Assembly: GCA_030603385.1 (NCBI GenBank)
Contig: JAUVXW010000011.1
Coordinates: 1 to 64,000 of the forward strand
Source: Promethearchaeota archaeon
GTDB lineage: Archaea; Asgardarchaeota; Lokiarchaeia; Sigyniarchaeales; SOKP01
DNA length: 64,000 bases
Direction: 5' to 3'
The translations under genes and the position numbers were made by a program. Shown one piece after another: positions 63,837 to 64,000 of this stretch; positions within the stretch are counted from its first letter, which is position 1; each line of letters begins with the position of its first letter. The notes beneath the pieces are model-generated. The model worked only from the letters and a program-made list of their open reading frames with translations. It was not told the DNA's origin and did no database searches.

Positions 63837-63841
63837 TATTT

Positions 63842-63890
63842 TCACCTTTCATTTCTAATCTGATGAGCTGATTAATTTTTTTAATATAAA
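63842..63890 (-). promoter_or_regulatory. Shine-Dalgarno (AAGGTGA) and candidate TATA box (TTTATA) of the giant gene
   Basis: AAGGTGA ends 5 nt before ATG 63836 and TTTATATT lies at 63890-63883. The region is AT-rich, so the TATA call is weak. Confidence 0.45.
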
Positions 63891-64000
63891 TTGAAATCCT
63901 TTCAGGATGATACTTAATTTGATTAAAGTATCTTTTTAGCTGATTTTTGGCTATTTTGCGCAGGTTAGGTTTAATAGACCTGATAATTAATTGGAAAAAT

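Noticed and set aside
20161-62259. Dozens of 60-164 aa ORFs in other frames or on the opposite strand inside the giant gene
   Set aside because: They are shadow ORFs fully overlapping a continuous coding frame, with no recognisable motifs.
19347-63836. Classification as Rhs/YD, CdiA haemagglutinin, RTX/MARTX, NRPS/PKS or intein-containing protein
   Set aside because: No YD-repeat core or PxxxxDPxG motif, no GGxGxD nonapeptide arrays, no adenylation or ketosynthase motifs, and no clear Hint/intein termini were found by eye.

Overview
AT-rich archaeal DNA, most likely from an Asgard archaeon of the Lokiarchaeia (gelsolin-domain protein, RING-finger protein, non-catalytic proteasome beta subunit, DUF106/EMC3-like insertase, Loki-type LRR proteins). 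The window has three zones. (1) 1-7.4 kb is an accessory mosaic of gene fragments and conflict-type genes (LRR fusion, HEPN, metallophosphoesterase fusion) that ends in an orphan nuclease/zinc-finger gene pair. (2) 7.4-18.2 kb is a block of housekeeping and eukaryotic-signature genes. (3) 18.7-63.8 kb is a single uninterrupted 44.5 kb ORF (about 14,830 aa) plus a small downstream zinc-finger gene. The giant protein reads as an N-terminal multi-pass membrane anchor, about 12,000 aa of acidic beta-rich ectodomain (LamG, DUF2341, propeller-like and DxDxDG modules, some nested inside each other), Gly/Ala-rich hydrophobic helices, and a C-terminal HNH-like (HH..SxHxRD..YH) domain. The key observation is that the giant's C-terminal domain and its downstream gene have a diverged second copy, in the same order, at 5847-7381. 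This is the toxin-tip + immunity + orphan-module pattern of polymorphic toxin systems, here on a giant membrane-anchored archaeal scaffold. All domain calls are by-eye motif recognition and no searches were run.
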